Source of the DNA: Candidatus Hermodarchaeota archaeon
GTDB taxonomy: Archaea > Asgardarchaeota > Hermodarchaeia > Hermodarchaeales > Hermodarchaeaceae
NCBI GenBank assembly: GCA_016840065.1
Contig: JAEOTB010000116.1
Coordinates: forward strand, 1 to 29,221
DNA: 29,221 bases
Direction of reading: 5' to 3'
Notes under the pieces: generated by a model
Database searches by the model: none
What the model was told of the DNA's origin: nothing
The model's input: only the letters and a program-made list of their open reading frames with translations
Program-made: the position numbers and the translations under genes
In this document: in pieces, positions 9,283-19,087 of the stretch
Position numbering within the stretch: position 1 is the first letter of the stretch
Layout: every line of letters begins with the position of its first letter

Positions 9283-10929
9283 TCAGTAGAAGGTTTCGAG
9301 CACGTCGTAGGCGATGTTGTCAGCGTGGTCACTGATACGCTCTAGATTCCTGAGACTTTCAGTGAACAGCACATCTGCTGCGGGAGCACAGATTCCCTCC
9401 TTCATCCGTTTGATGTGGGCCTTCTTGAGCTGCTTCTCCAACATATCGACTTCGTCCTCCATCTCGATTGCCATCCTAGCTTTACTTCTACTCTTCTCTT
9501 TCAACGATTCGATAGCTGTGAAATAAGTCAACTCTACTGCTTCGAATAATCGCTTTATGCCCGCTCTTCCTTCATCCGAGAAGGGAACCTTATCCTTCTC
9601 CTTTCTAATGGCGAATTCAGCGAGGTTGTTGCACAGGTCTCCAACTCGCTCCACATCAGTAATTATCCTTAGCAGCCTAATCCGCCAAAGTTTGTCTCTT
9701 TCAGTCAAGTCCTCTTCACGAATTCGGTCGATGAATTTCTCGGTCTCGTCGCAGTAATCGTCTACTTCATCCTCAAGTACTAGTACTTCTTTTGCATGAT
9801 CGAGCTTCCCATCAACCATCGCGTCTTTGCTCTTGACTAGCATCTTGAGGGTTTTTTCTGCTGTCTTCACGATTTCTCGCTCAGACTCTATCAAAGCAAG
9901 CTGGGCTATTCCGAGCATCTTATCATCAAAGTAGTGACGTGGTCTGAGTTCTCCTTCTCTTACGGGAATCACCTTCTCACAGAACCAAACCAGCGCCCCC
10001 ACGAAGGGAATGAACATCACACTTACAATGACGTTGAAGATTGTGTGGGCGTTAGCGATTTGTCTTTGCAAGTCTATGTGTGTCAGCCTAACAAGTTCTG
10101 TAAAGGGTGCAAGAAATGGAAAGAAAAGTATAATTCCGATGATATTAATCATAGATTGAGCTAGAGCAGTTCTCTTGGCCGGCCTTGTTGCACCAATCCC
10201 TACAATGAGTTCGAGAATACAGGTTCCAAGATTTGCTCCAATGCATAGAGCGATTGCCGCTTCTAGACTAATGAAGGTTTCACCAAGACCAGCCATTGCA
10301 ATGACAAGGCTGGTTGTAGCTGAGCTACTCTGAGTTACACCAGCAATCAATGCTCCAATAAGAATACCGTAGAGGGGAATCATCCCCCAAGAAGCTACCA
10401 AAGATTCAAAGATTGGAAATTCTGAGAGCTTTCCGAACCCTCCGCCTAGGAGTTCCATTGCAAGGAATAATAATCCTAAGCTAAACACTACTTTTGCTGT
10501 GAGTTTTACCTTCTCGTTCTTTGTGATGTAACTTGTGAAGAAACCTATTGCGATCAATGCTAGATAAAAATCTACACTGATGTTAAAAGCTGCAATTTGG
10601 GCAGTTATTGTAGTCCCAATCTCCGAACCAAGCATTACATTGACAGATTGTCTGAAGGTCATTATTCCCGCATTTACTAGCCCAATCAAAGTCATGACAG
10701 TTACGCTAGAACTCTGGGTCATGACTGTAGTGCCCGCACCCACGAACATGCCTGTCACTGGGCTGTTGGTTGTCTTTTCCAGAATCTTGGATATCTGTCT
10801 ACCTGATATCTTTCCAAGGCTATCGCTCAAAAGCGATATACTATACAACAGGATGGCAAGCCCTCCTATGATGTTAAAAAGAAGGATTGCAGTGCCCAAG
10901 ATTAGATTCAGGAGCGATAAGGGATCCAT
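9283..10929 (-). CDS. Na/Pi cotransporter family protein with C-terminal PhoU-like domains
   Basis: Two QSSS repeats, GSEIGTT/GANLGT, IANAHTIFN; PhoU-like DVERVGD and NLERISDHADNIA. Confidence 0.93.
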   Translation of the reverse strand: MDPLSLLNLILGTAILLFNIIGGLAILLYSISLLSDSLGKISGRQISKILEKTTNSPVTGMFVGAGTTVMTQSSSVTVMTLIGLVNAGIMTFRQSVNVMLGSEIGTTITAQIAAFNISVDFYLALIAIGFFTSYITKNEKVKLTAKVVFSLGLLFLAMELLGGGFGKLSEFPIFESLVASWGMIPLYGILIGALIAGVTQSSSATTSLVIAMAGLGETFISLEAAIALCIGANLGTCILELIVGIGATRPAKRTALAQSMINIIGIILFFPFLAPFTELVRLTHIDLQRQIANAHTIFNVIVSVMFIPFVGALVWFCEKVIPVREGELRPRHYFDDKMLGIAQLALIESEREIVKTAEKTLKMLVKSKDAMVDGKLDHAKEVLVLEDEVDDYCDETEKFIDRIREEDLTERDKLWRIRLLRIITDVERVGDLCNNLAEFAIRKEKDKVPFSDEGRAGIKRLFEAVELTYFTAIESLKEKSRSKARMAIEMEDEVDMLEKQLKKAHIKRMKEGICAPAADVLFTESLRNLERISDHADNIAYDVLETFY

Positions 10930-11100
10930 AGATAACAGCTTCCAGCGCTGACGATTTTCACGGTATTCGATGGGGAGATTAACTGGGGTTAAAACAGCAT
11001 TCCTCGTTCAAAGCAATTCTAATACCGCGAGGCGGCAGAGGTAAGGAGAATAAAGAAAGAACTGAGCAAGCGCTGAACCTAGATGAAGGATTAAGATTCT

Positions 11101-11772
11101 TCATTCATAATAACCTGGAACCTCTCCAGAGCGACCCTTTTCACGCGATAGTTTGATGCGCCTGAAGAGTATTGCAAAGAGATAGCCGCCAACGAAGCCG
11201 AATACATGAGCTCCATGAGCGATACCGCCACCAAAAGAGGTTACTAGAAACATTATCTCAAGAATGAAGTAGAATATGATGAAGTTCCAGGCTGCCATAT
11301 CCCGTCCGGTATCACCGTAACCTGCCCAAGAGATGCGTCGCCGTGGTATCAAGTAGGCGAACCCTGCCATTACTCCGAAAATCGCGCCCGAAGCGCCGAG
11401 GGTTGGTATCAAGGGAGCCCAAGGGAAGAATATGCCCTCAAGGGTGTATGTGATTAGAATGTGGCCTAGGTTTCCAACTATTCCTGAGAGCAGATAGAAG
11501 GGTATGAAGATTAGGGGACCAAGCTCTTTTTCTACCATTCCGCTAAAGATGTAGAAGAAGTACATGTTGCTGAGGAGGTGGTAAGGGTCTGCGTGGAGAA
11601 ACATGCTGGTAATCAAGGTGTGGAGATTTTGGCCTTGTAGGATTTCTGCTGGAACCATTGCAAATTGCCAAAGGGGAGTCATGTATTGTAGGATGTGGAT
11701 GCTGACATTCAATAGGATTAGTGTGTAGGATACAAAGGGTCTGAACCCGATGTCGTAATCATCATAACTCAA
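11101..11772 (-). CDS. Rhomboid intramembrane serine protease
   Basis: TSMFLHA..HL..NM, catalytic GASGAI and AHGAHVFGF. Confidence 0.93.
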   Translation of the reverse strand: MSYDDYDIGFRPFVSYTLILLNVSIHILQYMTPLWQFAMVPAEILQGQNLHTLITSMFLHADPYHLLSNMYFFYIFSGMVEKELGPLIFIPFYLLSGIVGNLGHILITYTLEGIFFPWAPLIPTLGASGAIFGVMAGFAYLIPRRRISWAGYGDTGRDMAAWNFIIFYFILEIMFLVTSFGGGIAHGAHVFGFVGGYLFAILFRRIKLSREKGRSGEVPGYYE

Positions 11773-11902
11773 TGTTGATCAGCTCTCATGAATATGGGAA
11801 TCAGGTGAGACCTTGATGATTCATATTTCTTGTCCTTCTTCATCATGGAAAGGTCGGAAAGGTTATTTGTTACCACAACAATGCCGGTGGTTGGTGTTTC
11901 TT

Positions 11903-12280
11903 GTGGCCCTCCGTGAATTCCTCTACCCCACTCTTGAGCTCAAGCTTATACTTGCCCGCCGCCTTGATGCAGATACAGCTGCTGCCAAGCATGGAGTACT
12001 CTCCCCCGCTTACAGGGAGGCAGCTGCGAAGATAATACTCTCCGTCCCAGATGCGCAAAGGCTAGATGTGAAAGACGGTGATGCCGTGCAGGTCACATCG
12101 AAAACTGGAGAAGTGGTGGTTTTAGTCCATATCGATGACAAAACACCTGGAGGTTTGGCTATTATGTCCCCAGGCCCCTATGCTAATGCTCTACTCCCGG
12201 CGTCTCTACCGCACCAAGGTATTAGCATTACACTCAAATCCACCGATTCTGCAGTAACTCTAGTTGAGAAGCTTCCTTGA
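11903..12280 (+). CDS. fwdD: FwdD/FmdD-like molybdopterin dinucleotide-binding subunit (divergent)
   Basis: DAQRLDVKDGDAVQVTSKTGEVVV and PGGLAIMSPGPYANAL. Start uncertain (GTG 11903 after GGTG; track gives 11813). Confidence 0.7.
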   Translation: MALREFLYPTLELKLILARRLDADTAAAKHGVLSPAYREAAAKIILSVPDAQRLDVKDGDAVQVTSKTGEVVVLVHIDDKTPGGLAIMSPGPYANALLPASLPHQGISITLKSTDSAVTLVEKLP

Positions 12281-12283
12281 CGG

Positions 12284-13684
12284 TTAGTCTTCTTTCGGCT
12301 CTTCACGGGGTTCTTCCTTTGAGGGTTTCTCCAGTTGTCCCCTTTCGAACTTGTATCGGAGTCGCCAATCTTGGCGTAGCTGGAGCTGGATTTTCCTTAT
12401 TCGTGCTTTAGCTTCTTCGCGAACTGCATCGGCTCTTGGCCAGTCTTCGGTAGAGGTGGGTAGAGTTGTAGGTTTGGTGCGTGATTGAATCTTGATCTGT
12501 CGTTCATATTGGTTGCTGGGTGGAGCTTGCTTGCCAACGAGTATGTCGAAGAAGAGACTGGCACGGGCTCGTTCCCAGGCGCGTGCTTTCTCCAGCGAGG
12601 AAAGCCGGTAGCTTTCTCTGGTAACTCTTAGTACTTGTTCTGGGCAGGCGTTCTCACAGGCACCACAGAAGACGCAGATATCCTCCTTTACTGCGAGTTT
12701 CTGTTTGTCTCCTGTTGCATAGATTGCCTTTGTTGGGCAGATATTAAAGCAGTTAACGCAGCCTGTCGGGTCGCAGCGTTCTAGGTGTTCAATGTGGACT
12801 TTTCCTGTGAGGGGTAGAGTGACATCCAACGCCTCATAGGGACACTTCTGCGCGCAGAGAGTACAATCTACACACTTCTCGTCGTCGATGGTGAGTTTTC
12901 CCTCTACTTTGGGTTTCCGGACAGTTCGGGGGGGTGCGGATGTGCAGGTAACCTTGATGGCTTCAGAGGGGCATATCTCTTCGCAGAGCCCACAATAGTC
13001 GCATTGTTTTGTGTCGACCCTTATATCCACCGCGGGTTTGAAGTCTGGAGGTTTAGGTTCTTCATCTTCTAACCAGTAGATGGTGATACATTCGGGGCAA
13101 AGGAGTTCGCATAACCCGCACCATGTACACTTGTCTTCTGAGATTTTTATGGTCCCCTTTGCGTCTGGGCGGCCTTCTGCTACGCGTTTTGCGGCTTCAG
13201 GGTCCTTGTATTTTACTAGTTTGGTTTTCGGTTTGACCTTCACATCCACACTTAGAGCGTCTCTTGGACAGATTTTTGCGCATAGCAGGCAGGGTGCACA
13301 CTTCTCCTCATCGAGGACATGATGTCCCTTTAATCGGGCGTATTCAAGTTCAGCTGGTGTTTCATCAAAGTTAGCCTCGAGAGCGTTGAAGATACAGGCT
13401 GAGTCACATAGACCACAGAAGGTACATTTGTCCTCATCGATTAAGATCAGAGGAGCGCCCTCTAGACGTTTTGCTGCGACCTCTTGCACTGGTCCCATCG
13501 TGATGGCTTCCCAGGGGCAAGGCAGGCAGAGGCTACAACCCACGCAGCGGGCTAGGTCATATTTTAAATCCTTGGCGAGAAGGGAGGTCTTCCAATTATA
13601 GCGTATGTTGGTGTCGTCGAGGATTTCGGTGGTTACCTCTGGACGTTCACCGACAATGATGCGATCTCGCTGGGCCTTTGTCAC
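12284..13684 (-). CDS. fwdF: Polyferredoxin, FwdF/FmdF-like (about eight [4Fe-4S] motifs)
   Basis: Eight CxxCxxC..CP-type motifs; N-terminus CVGCSLC..CPWEAITMGP...IDEDKCTFCGLC resembles FwdF; overlaps hdrA stop by 4 nt. Confidence 0.8.
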   Translation of the reverse strand: MTKAQRDRIIVGERPEVTTEILDDTNIRYNWKTSLLAKDLKYDLARCVGCSLCLPCPWEAITMGPVQEVAAKRLEGAPLILIDEDKCTFCGLCDSACIFNALEANFDETPAELEYARLKGHHVLDEEKCAPCLLCAKICPRDALSVDVKVKPKTKLVKYKDPEAAKRVAEGRPDAKGTIKISEDKCTWCGLCELLCPECITIYWLEDEEPKPPDFKPAVDIRVDTKQCDYCGLCEEICPSEAIKVTCTSAPPRTVRKPKVEGKLTIDDEKCVDCTLCAQKCPYEALDVTLPLTGKVHIEHLERCDPTGCVNCFNICPTKAIYATGDKQKLAVKEDICVFCGACENACPEQVLRVTRESYRLSSLEKARAWERARASLFFDILVGKQAPPSNQYERQIKIQSRTKPTTLPTSTEDWPRADAVREEAKARIRKIQLQLRQDWRLRYKFERGQLEKPSKEEPREEPKED

Positions 13685-16137
13685 TCGTCTTCATCCTCCT
13701 TTTCCACTAGTTCGGTACCTAAGGGTCCTAGACGAGTGATTTGGTTGACAAACTTTGTGATGTGGTCAGCTAGTTGACGGCCATCAGATGCAGGTGTACT
13801 ATCTAGGAAGAGACGGCGTTGGTCTATGCTTGCCTCGGCAAGAAGCGGTACCAGATTCTCAACTCGGTTACGAGCCTTTGTGAAGCCAGTTCTGTGGTGA
13901 CAGTCCTGCTCGGGGCATCCCAGGACTGCTACACCATCCGCTCCTTGACTGAAGGCCTGAAGGATTAGAATGGGGTCAATCCGAGCTGCACAGGGTACTC
14001 GGATAGGGATTAACTGAGGTGGGAACCGGATTCGTTCTATGCCTGCAGTGTCTGCAGCAGCATAGGCACACCAATGACATAGGAAGCCGATAACTTTGGG
14101 TTGCATCGGGTTGTTCTCACATGCCGCCTTTACTGCTGCCGACAATTGGCTGTGGGTGTAGCCAAATAAATCGAGGGCACCTGTTGGACAGGCGGCAACG
14201 CAAGCCCCACATCCGGTACACGCCAGTTCGTCAATTACTGGTGTATTCTCCTTGGAGAAAGTTATTGCGTTCGCATCGCAGTTCTGTTCACAGAGTCGGC
14301 AGCCTTGACAGAAGCTGGGCTCTGCTAGAAAGGCGGAGTGGACCTCGATGGCAAGCTTCCGTTTAGCGAGGAGTGAGGAGACCTTCGCGGCTGCTAGCCC
14401 TGCATGAGCCACGGTATCTGCAATGTCCTTTGGTCCCTGAGCGGTTCCCGCAAGAAAGATACCTGCAGAATAAGTGCCTGAGGGATCAAGTTTGGGATGC
14501 TTCTCTAGGAAGAACTGATTCGTGTCTAAGGGCACTTTGAGAAGTCCAGCTAGAATGGGGTTTGTGGGTGTGGGGTCGATGCCAACACTCAGGACTGCCA
14601 GGTCCACGGATATCTCCATTGGTTGGCATAACTCGGTGTCCTCTGCTCGGATAATCAGTTGATGGGTTTGAGGGTCTTCTTCGATTTTCCCAACTCTGCC
14701 ACGGATGAATGTGATGTCGTGATCCAAGGCCGCTCGCTCGTAGAACTCTTCAAAGCCTTTCCCGAAGGTTCGCATATCCGTATAGAACACATACACCTCA
14801 GTGTCGGGTTCGGCTTGACGTAGCTGGACGGCTTCCTTCACGGCGTAGGTGCAGCAAACTCGGCTGCAATGAGGACGATTTATTCTTTGATCTCTGCTTC
14901 CAACGCATTGTACGAAAGCGACTCTTCGAGGTGTTTTTCCTGTGGAGGGACACACCACCTGGCCTTCTGTTGGACCAGCGGGGTTCAGGAACCGTTCTAG
15001 CTCGGGTGCCGTTACCACATCACGATACTTGCCATAGCCGTACTCGCCGAGTATTCGGGGGTTGAAGGGTTGGAAGCCCGTCGCCACCACGATTGCACCT
15101 ACCTTGAAAGTGTGAGTTTGTTCAGTGTCGTCAAATCGCAGAGATTCCTTTTCGCAGACACCAACGCAGGACTGGCAGCCTACACATGAATCCATGTCGA
15201 TGTGGGGTGCTAGTGGGACGGAGCTTGGATAGGGTCTGATGATGGCACGTTGATTCCCTAAGCCATAATTGTAATCGCTAACCACTTCGACTGGACAGAT
15301 TTCCAGGCAACGATTACACCCATTACATGATTCTAGGTCCACATAGCGGGGCTGCTGTTGGACGATTACCTTGTAATCGCCAGGGGTGCCTTCGACTGCT
15401 TTCACTTCGCTAAGGGTAAGAAGCTGTATCCTTGAGTGATTGTCTACTTCAGTCATGAGGGGTCCAAGGATACAGAGGCTACAGTCTAGTGTGGGGAACA
15501 GTTTGTCCCACTTTGCCATGTGGCCTCCGAGGAAACCGCTCTTCTCTACAAGCACTGTCTTGTATCCAGCATTGGCAAGGTTTAAGGCAGCTGTGATGCC
15601 AGCTACTCCACCACCGATTACCAGCACCCTCCTTGTGATTGGCACAGTAACCTTGTGGAGGGGGAGGCTGTGTTCAGCCATGAGTAGAGCCGCATCAATC
15701 ATTACTTGAGCCTTTGTTGTGGCTCCTCCGGGATCGTCCCAGTGAACCCAACTGCATTGTTCGCGAATATTCGCGATAACAAGATGCCCTCGATTGAGTT
15801 TAGCCTCCTCTACTGTTTTACTCATGAGCTCTCCGTGCAAACGTGGGGAACAAGCAGCTACAACGACTCGTTCTACCTTATGTTCTCTAATTGTATCTTT
15901 AATTAGGTTCAATCCTTGTTCTGCGCAGAAATGATCATCAGTTACCAGGAGAAGGTTGGGGAGTCCCTCATATCGTAGTTTCAAAGTGGCAAAATCTATT
16001 ATTCCATCGATGTTGCTGCCACATTGACATAAGAAAAGGGCTGTTCTGTGAGAGGGATTTTTTAGTTTGAGCTTATGGGAATCCCTCTTGACTACTTGTT
16101 TTGTAGGGGGGTTTTTCTCCTTAGCTCTTCGTGGCAC
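13681..16137 (-). CDS. hdrA: Heterodisulfide reductase subunit A fused to C-terminal MvhD [2Fe-2S] domain
   Basis: CQCG, ACSP, REQCSWVH, GGGVAG, FPTLDCSLC, QCVGSRD, CSRVCC, GPKDI, ferredoxin domains; MvhD motifs FLCHWCAY, VPCAARID, GC...DCH. Confidence 0.95.
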   Translation of the reverse strand: MPRRAKEKNPPTKQVVKRDSHKLKLKNPSHRTALFLCQCGSNIDGIIDFATLKLRYEGLPNLLLVTDDHFCAEQGLNLIKDTIREHKVERVVVAACSPRLHGELMSKTVEEAKLNRGHLVIANIREQCSWVHWDDPGGATTKAQVMIDAALLMAEHSLPLHKVTVPITRRVLVIGGGVAGITAALNLANAGYKTVLVEKSGFLGGHMAKWDKLFPTLDCSLCILGPLMTEVDNHSRIQLLTLSEVKAVEGTPGDYKVIVQQQPRYVDLESCNGCNRCLEICPVEVVSDYNYGLGNQRAIIRPYPSSVPLAPHIDMDSCVGCQSCVGVCEKESLRFDDTEQTHTFKVGAIVVATGFQPFNPRILGEYGYGKYRDVVTAPELERFLNPAGPTEGQVVCPSTGKTPRRVAFVQCVGSRDQRINRPHCSRVCCTYAVKEAVQLRQAEPDTEVYVFYTDMRTFGKGFEEFYERAALDHDITFIRGRVGKIEEDPQTHQLIIRAEDTELCQPMEISVDLAVLSVGIDPTPTNPILAGLLKVPLDTNQFFLEKHPKLDPSGTYSAGIFLAGTAQGPKDIADTVAHAGLAAAKVSSLLAKRKLAIEVHSAFLAEPSFCQGCRLCEQNCDANAITFSKENTPVIDELACTGCGACVAACPTGALDLFGYTHSQLSAAVKAACENNPMQPKVIGFLCHWCAYAAADTAGIERIRFPPQLIPIRVPCAARIDPILILQAFSQGADGVAVLGCPEQDCHHRTGFTKARNRVENLVPLLAEASIDQRRLFLDSTPASDGRQLADHITKFVNQITRLGPLGTELVEKEDEDE

Positions 16138-16293
16138 TTGTCGTCACCGTCACAATTCTCTTTCTGATGTGCACGCTGAATGTTTTAATCCTTGTTTATT
16201 TACGAAATCTTGTTACCGAGTTGTAGTTGCCGAAGAGATAAATGGGGTTCCTCTTGTGATTGTTATTTCAGCCATTGACTCGGTGTTGGCGTT

Positions 16294-16752
16294 ATGGCAA
16301 AATTGAATCCGATGCAGATATACAAGTTACTCCCGAGGACAAACTGTAAGAAGTGTGGGATGATATGTATGGCTTTTGCTACACGCCTAGCTCTCCGGGA
16401 GGTCTCACTGGAGGAGTGTACACCGTTGGCTGAACCAGGGTTTGAGGAGCAGCTAACAAAGCTTCAAGAAATGATTGCTCCCCTATTAACTGCTGAGGAG
16501 ACTGGAATCAAGCTTGACGAAGAGAAATGTTCAGGTTGTGGGAACTGTGTTGTGGTATGCCCCGTGGATGCAAAGACAGAGCATGATACAGCATTCGGTA
16601 AGGCAGCTCGTACCGGTGAAACGGTGTTCCGGGTAGAGAATGGCATAGCCTTGATTATTAACCTGAGCAAGTGCCGACGATTCCCACCTGACCGTGTGAA
16701 TTGTCGTGTCTGTGAGCAAGGCTGCTCTGCCGGTGCTATTGAGATATGGTAG
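16294..16752 (+). CDS. fwdG: FwdG-like ferredoxin with N-terminal FeS (LPxxNCxxCG) domain
   Basis: LPRTNCKKCG..CMAFA...C, then CSGCGNCVVVCP and C...CRVCEQGC; directly upstream of fwdB. Confidence 0.72.
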   Translation: MAKLNPMQIYKLLPRTNCKKCGMICMAFATRLALREVSLEECTPLAEPGFEEQLTKLQEMIAPLLTAEETGIKLDEEKCSGCGNCVVVCPVDAKTEHDTAFGKAARTGETVFRVENGIALIINLSKCRRFPPDRVNCRVCEQGCSAGAIEIW

Positions 16753-16775
16753 ACAAAAAACGGGTGAACTAGGCG

Positions 16776-18065
16776 ATGAAGGATACTGTTTGTACTGGAT
16801 GCTCACTCTTCTGTGATGATGTTTGTGTCAAGGTAGAGAAAGACAAAATAAATTCCTTAGGACTCTGCAGACTGGGTCAAAGTTATTATGAGTCACTTCT
16901 CAACCCAGATCGTCTCGTAAAACCCCTCCTACGAGTCGATGGCGGCAAGGGAAAAGAAAGTTCCTATGATGAAGCTTTGGAACATGCAGCTAACATTCTT
17001 CGAGGCAGTAAGAGGCCGCTTCTTTTTGGTTGGTCTAAAAGCCCAAATGAAGTTATCAAATTAGGGTTAAAACTTGCCCGTAATTTGAGAGGGAGTTTTG
17101 ATAGTACTGCTAGCCTTGAGTACGGTTCACTCCTTGAACACGGATTTTCAGGTGGAGAAGCGAACCTTGTCAGCTTCGATGAAGTACGCAATCATGGTGA
17201 ACATGTTATCTTTTGGGGTGCAAACCCTGCAGAGAGCCATCACCGTCTTGCCAGCCGCTTCGCTGTTTTCCCCATCGGTGACAAGGTCCCCGAGGGTAGA
17301 GAAAGCCGAACAATAACCGTCATTGATATCAGAGAAACAGAATCTATTCGCCTTGCCAATCACCAACTCGTAGTGAAAGGTGATAAGGCAGACGCTGAAT
17401 TTCTCTCAGCATTGCTAAAGGAACTTGAAGGAACAGACACCACACCACCAGATTATGTTGCTGGTATTCCTGCAATTGAGTTTCTCAGCCTTGTCAAACA
17501 GCTCAAGCTTGCAGATTATATTGCAATATTCTATGGAAACGGGTTATTACACTCACCTCATACTGATACCACGCTTCCCTTACTGGCAAAGTTAGTCTCC
17601 ATACTCAACACGGAAAAACGAAAGTGCACATCACTCCCCCTAATATCTCATAGCAACACAATAGGTGCAGTGAAAAGTTGCCTTGCAGACACCAAACTAC
17701 CCTTTGCCATTGATTTCAAATCAAATTCACCAGTATCCTTCTCACCCCTACAAAGCCTACTATCAAACGACTTTGATGCAGGACTAGTTGTTGGTGTTGA
17801 TGCACTGAGTTTTCTACCTGGGCCTGCTGCCCAGAAGCTAGCAAAAATACCTATAATCGCCTTATCCTCTCTTCCTTCTTTGACAACCCAACACGCAGAA
17901 GTTGTAATTCCAAATGCACTTACTGGTGTGGAGGCAGAGGGCACAGTTAATCGCATGGACGGAGAATCCCTTACCCTGAAACCACTCCATTCACCTCCCA
18001 AAGGTCTGTTAACTGAAGAACAGATTCTTACTCAGCTGCTACAATTTGGATCCGATTCGAGCTGA
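16776..18065 (+). CDS. fwdB: Formylmethanofuran dehydrogenase subunit B homologue, apparently catalytically degenerate
   Basis: CTGCSLFCDD...CRLG, FWGANPAESH.R..SR, DIRETES, GVEAEGTVNRMDG. Lacks the CHG metal-ligand motif and the Arg of RGHYN. Confidence 0.88.
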   Translation: MKDTVCTGCSLFCDDVCVKVEKDKINSLGLCRLGQSYYESLLNPDRLVKPLLRVDGGKGKESSYDEALEHAANILRGSKRPLLFGWSKSPNEVIKLGLKLARNLRGSFDSTASLEYGSLLEHGFSGGEANLVSFDEVRNHGEHVIFWGANPAESHHRLASRFAVFPIGDKVPEGRESRTITVIDIRETESIRLANHQLVVKGDKADAEFLSALLKELEGTDTTPPDYVAGIPAIEFLSLVKQLKLADYIAIFYGNGLLHSPHTDTTLPLLAKLVSILNTEKRKCTSLPLISHSNTIGAVKSCLADTKLPFAIDFKSNSPVSFSPLQSLLSNDFDAGLVVGVDALSFLPGPAAQKLAKIPIIALSSLPSLTTQHAEVVIPNALTGVEAEGTVNRMDGESLTLKPLHSPPKGLLTEEQILTQLLQFGSDSS

Positions 18066-18170
18066 GCACAATCGCCCCTAATTGCCTCTGTAAGATTTGA
18101 AAGGTTTTTAATGCATTCTTGAGTATCTAGCTCAGTGAGAAGGATGCTCCACCGATTGTATTGGTCCTCC

Positions 18171-18992
18171 ATGATGATTACTGACAATATCATGTCGCTT
18201 CGGGCTGGGAAGACTGTTTCACCGACATTCATTGCGCAGCTTCAACGTTTGGTCCCCGGTGTGAACCTTTCCTCTCTTGATATCGAAGGCTATGAGAAAC
18301 TCCTCGCGGACATTAAACATCAGGTGGGTGACAGAGAAAGAGCAGTTGTTGACCTAGCTGTCGCCTTGAATTACTTGAGGTTCAAGGTCGAAGGAAGAGA
18401 TGTACCCCTTAAAGGGAGCTATCCGAGGCAGATAGAGAAGGCGATAGCTATCTTGGCTCCGAGCGCAGAGGAGTTCATTCAGATTATGCTGGAGCCATCT
18501 AAAGACAAGCTTGTTATGATAGCCAGTGTAACCTATCTACACTACATTGTCGAAGGGCTTGTTTTTTCATTAGAAGAGGAACGCGTGGCTTCTTTCTCGT
18601 TGGGTGTGGAACAAGGAGTGGGATTGTTTCTGGGATTCTTGCAATCAATGGCTAGTGATTTTCCCACAGAGTTCGGACGAAGTAGCATAATCCAAAGCAC
18701 TCGTCACCTTTTCAAGAGTGAGATTTTCGAGAAACTTCTACTACTTGGCTCATCAAATCCTGAGAAAGGGCATTTGTGGGTGAGCTATCTGAAGGCAATC
18801 CTTGATAAAGACCACATCAAAGTTGAGCAATGTATCGACGAGATACTGAGATTTTATCCTCTCCTCAAAGAGTCTCTTGCCTTCTATTCGAAGGCGGCTT
18901 TGAGAGTCTCTGGTGAACACTTGAATCAAACTACAATGGTGGCGATTAGACCTCTTTGCCTGCAAATTGGAGCATCAATTGCTGGGCTATAG
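18171..18992 (+). CDS. Hypothetical, predominantly helical protein
   Basis: Long ORF filling the gap, no recognised motif. Start uncertain (18135/18171/18192). Confidence 0.65.
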   Translation: MMITDNIMSLRAGKTVSPTFIAQLQRLVPGVNLSSLDIEGYEKLLADIKHQVGDRERAVVDLAVALNYLRFKVEGRDVPLKGSYPRQIEKAIAILAPSAEEFIQIMLEPSKDKLVMIASVTYLHYIVEGLVFSLEEERVASFSLGVEQGVGLFLGFLQSMASDFPTEFGRSSIIQSTRHLFKSEIFEKLLLLGSSNPEKGHLWVSYLKAILDKDHIKVEQCIDEILRFYPLLKESLAFYSKAALRVSGEHLNQTTMVAIRPLCLQIGASIAGL

Positions 18993-19087
18993 AAGATTGA
19001 ATACGGGAGTTAGAACTAACTCTTGAAGTGGGTCTTTCGGTAATGAGAATAGTTTAAGCGATAATATGTACTGCTAGCTATCTTGTT

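Noticed and set aside
13681-18065. Selenocysteine recoding in HdrA, MvhD or FwdB
   Set aside because: No in-frame TGA; HdrA and MvhD have Cys, and the FwdB ligand position is neither Cys nor TGA.
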